64,000 nt of DNA from Octopus sinensis (taxonomy: Eukaryota). The notes under the pieces are model-generated. The model did no database searches and was not told the DNA's origin. It saw only the letters and a program-made list of their open reading frames with translations. Location: positions 139,686,001 to 139,750,000 of the forward strand of contig NC_042999.1 of the NCBI RefSeq assembly GCF_006345805.1. Reading direction: 5' to 3'. A program made the position numbers and the translations under genes. This document shows, one piece after another, positions 61,769 through 64,000 of the stretch (position 1 is its first letter; the number at the start of each line of letters is the position of its first letter).

Positions 61769-61782
61769 GTTACCATGGCAAC
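61769..61782. promoter_or_regulatory. RFX X-box motif
   Basis: GTTACCATGGCAAC matches the X-box consensus GTNRCC-N(0-3)-RGYAAC, about 570 bp upstream of the THAP exon ATG. Confidence 0.4.
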
Positions 61783-63626
61783 GACCAGGAAAAGAGCTCT
61801 CTTTAACATGTCCTAAATACAGCAGTAGATTCAGGTAGTGGGCAATGCAAGTTAGCTATTTTACTATTTTTTTTTCTGTCTCCATCGTACAATAGCAATC
61901 ACTAGTTCTATTTACAGACGCCTTGTACTCTTCAGACACCACATCAACACAGAACCCTTATTTCTGACCCCATATCAAAACGAATATTTGCGGAAGAGGC
62001 AGCTCTAGTAATCGCCCCGCTTTAAAATATATAGTAAGATAATTTAGAAAATAATGTGAAAGGATGCCAACAATGAGAACAAAAATAGAAAAGAAACTTT
62101 TTGGATCTTGCAACTACAAAGTTACCCCCTTATCGAACATGCTTTATGGGCTCAAGGAATAGTTACTATGACCTTCCTATTATCCAAGATTCATTCTTAG
62201 CACAGTATGATTGTATCGAAGTTAGTAGATCAAGCAAACACACAGGTACCCAAATTTAGACATCGGTAGGCAGCCCTCATGATTAAGCTACAAGATGGTG
62301 AGAAAGAGTAATGAAAACAATAGAAAAGTGATTGGCTTCCTTTCGAATCAATAAGAGGGACTGAAACACTTGCCAGTAAACGAAACATTCTCAATACTGG
62401 CGTTGCAGAGAAGAATCGAACCATGGCACATGTACCGGATGATTATGAAACAGTTTGGGAGGGGTTGGTGGGTGGATAGAAATTAGACAATAAAGATCGA
62501 GGAAACAACATAACGTAAAGAGAAAATATCTTAAATATTGAAATAAATCAGTCACTAAATATGGTGTATAGCGATTGCTAACTAGCTCACCTGCAAAAGT
62601 AGCATAGACTTTTTTTATTTCCGTAACTTACTCCAGCCATTCGTTTGCAAGAACATTACAACCTCTGAAGTTGGATTATAAACCATTTTCACTCTAACTT
62701 GCTCAAACAACCGATGCATCCTTGAACTTAACATAAAAGACGAGGGAGCCTTTAGTCACTTAACGGTACTAGAAATAAGTCAAACCCCTCCAACTCCACT
62801 CCTACAAAAAAAACAAAAAAACTTGACTAATACAGCAGTGTAAACTTCAGGCAATCTACTGTATGTGTTCCCGACGGGGACACACACAGGATGAATCCCG
62901 AACGAGATTCGTGGAAAATCCGAAGGTGAAGACACCAATGCAATTTGGTTAAATGCCAATATAATTTAATAGTGTATTTAATGCGGAATTCGACCAATGC
63001 CAGAAAGAATTAGGGGCGACACACAAATATATATATATCCTAGATAGTTTGTACCGCACGCTTGCAGTGTGACTGAGTAGATGCTTGTCAGTAGCAACAG
63101 TTACTGTTCTACTGCATCCTGCCACCCTTGATGTTGAATAGTGGAAAAAATATCAAGGGTAGCAGTTTTGTGATGGGAGCTGAAGTATATTATTAAAATA
63201 TTCACAGTTCTTCAGATTAATGAAAAACAGCACACGCCACTTAACCTGAAGTGCATATACAAAGAAAAAATTTATATATAAACATCTTCCAACTCGGCAC
63301 TGTCGATATATACACACCAAACTACACACAACTAATTTTCTAGTTAGCAATAAGTTTAGTATGATTTTACAGTTGATTAAAAACAGCCGAAAGCTGCTGT
63401 GGTAATTATTGCAGTTACGTGTTTTAAAGATACATTGACTACATTGTCTGATGAGGGAGAAAAAGATTCAACTTACGATACACCCTAAAACCCCGAGTAT
63501 TTATCACTTATTTACATCTATATTTATAACAAGCTTCAGCAACGTGAAAGTTTCTTTCGGGCTTTTATTAGTGAGTAGCTTGTTTTCTCGCTGTCAACTC
63601 CACATAGTGATGAGTGATTTGAACAA

Positions 63627-63902
63627 AATATCTAGATCCGCACCCGGTGGAAAAAATGGAAACTAAAATGTGTAACAGTTGTAAGGCATCGTATATTGAC
63701 GGAATAAGACGGAAAAAAAGCGCGCTGACAAACGGGGTTGGGGGTGGGGGGCTCGGGAAATTCCCAGGATCAACCGTAGAGGATCATGGAAAAAAATATG
63801 TGTAACAGGTGTAAGGCATCGTATTAACTAGTTGGTTAATATCTAGATCCGCACCCGGTGGAAAAAATGGAAACTAAAATGTGTAACAGTTGTAACCAAC
63901 TA
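63627..63902. repeat. 58-bp exact direct repeat with a partial middle copy
   Basis: aatatctagatccgcacccggtgg...cagttgtaa at 63627-63684 and 63838-63895, with a partial copy at 63799-63825. Confidence 0.85.
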
Positions 63903-64000
63903 TAATCCTTTTTATAAAATGTTTCAAAATTGCAGTAGAAAAAAGAGCGAGGCACTTTATAGTGTTAAATAAATTGGTCAAGAATGTTCGAAAATTGTAG

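Noticed and set aside
62230-62424. 64-aa ATG ORF upstream of the THAP exon as a variable exon
   Set aside because: No domain signature and no convincing phase-0 donor.

Overview
This is AT-rich, repeat-dense animal genomic DNA. The SINE and RTE families look like those of Octopus, which I recognise by eye but have not checked by search. The protein-coding content is three tandem paralogous BTB/POZ-domain genes, all on the minus strand (A: constant exons 56730-54681; B: 27327-24188; C: 6209-3698). Each has the same three-exon constant cassette (intron phases 0, 2, 0), has no start codon at its 5' end and carries no recognisable DNA-binding domain. Upstream of each cassette lie single, ATG-initiated exons, each encoding a compact, mostly transposase-type DNA-binding module: THAP, Crypton/DUF3504, C2H2 and TTF-type Zn finger for A; FLYWCH and CENP-B/psq HTH for B; two STPR-like modules (one with an AT-hook) for C. 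All eight end in a phase-0 GT donor that matches the phase-0 acceptor of the constant cassette. The inferred system is a variable-first-exon / constant-BTB transcription-factor diversifier: protocadherin-cluster-like in architecture and the reverse polarity of Drosophila mod(mdg4)/lola. Splicing is inferred from sequence only. The rest of the window is decayed mariner, piggyBac, hAT, Helitron, CR1, RTE and Gypsy elements, SINEs, foldback elements, a candidate hammerhead ribozyme and microsatellites.
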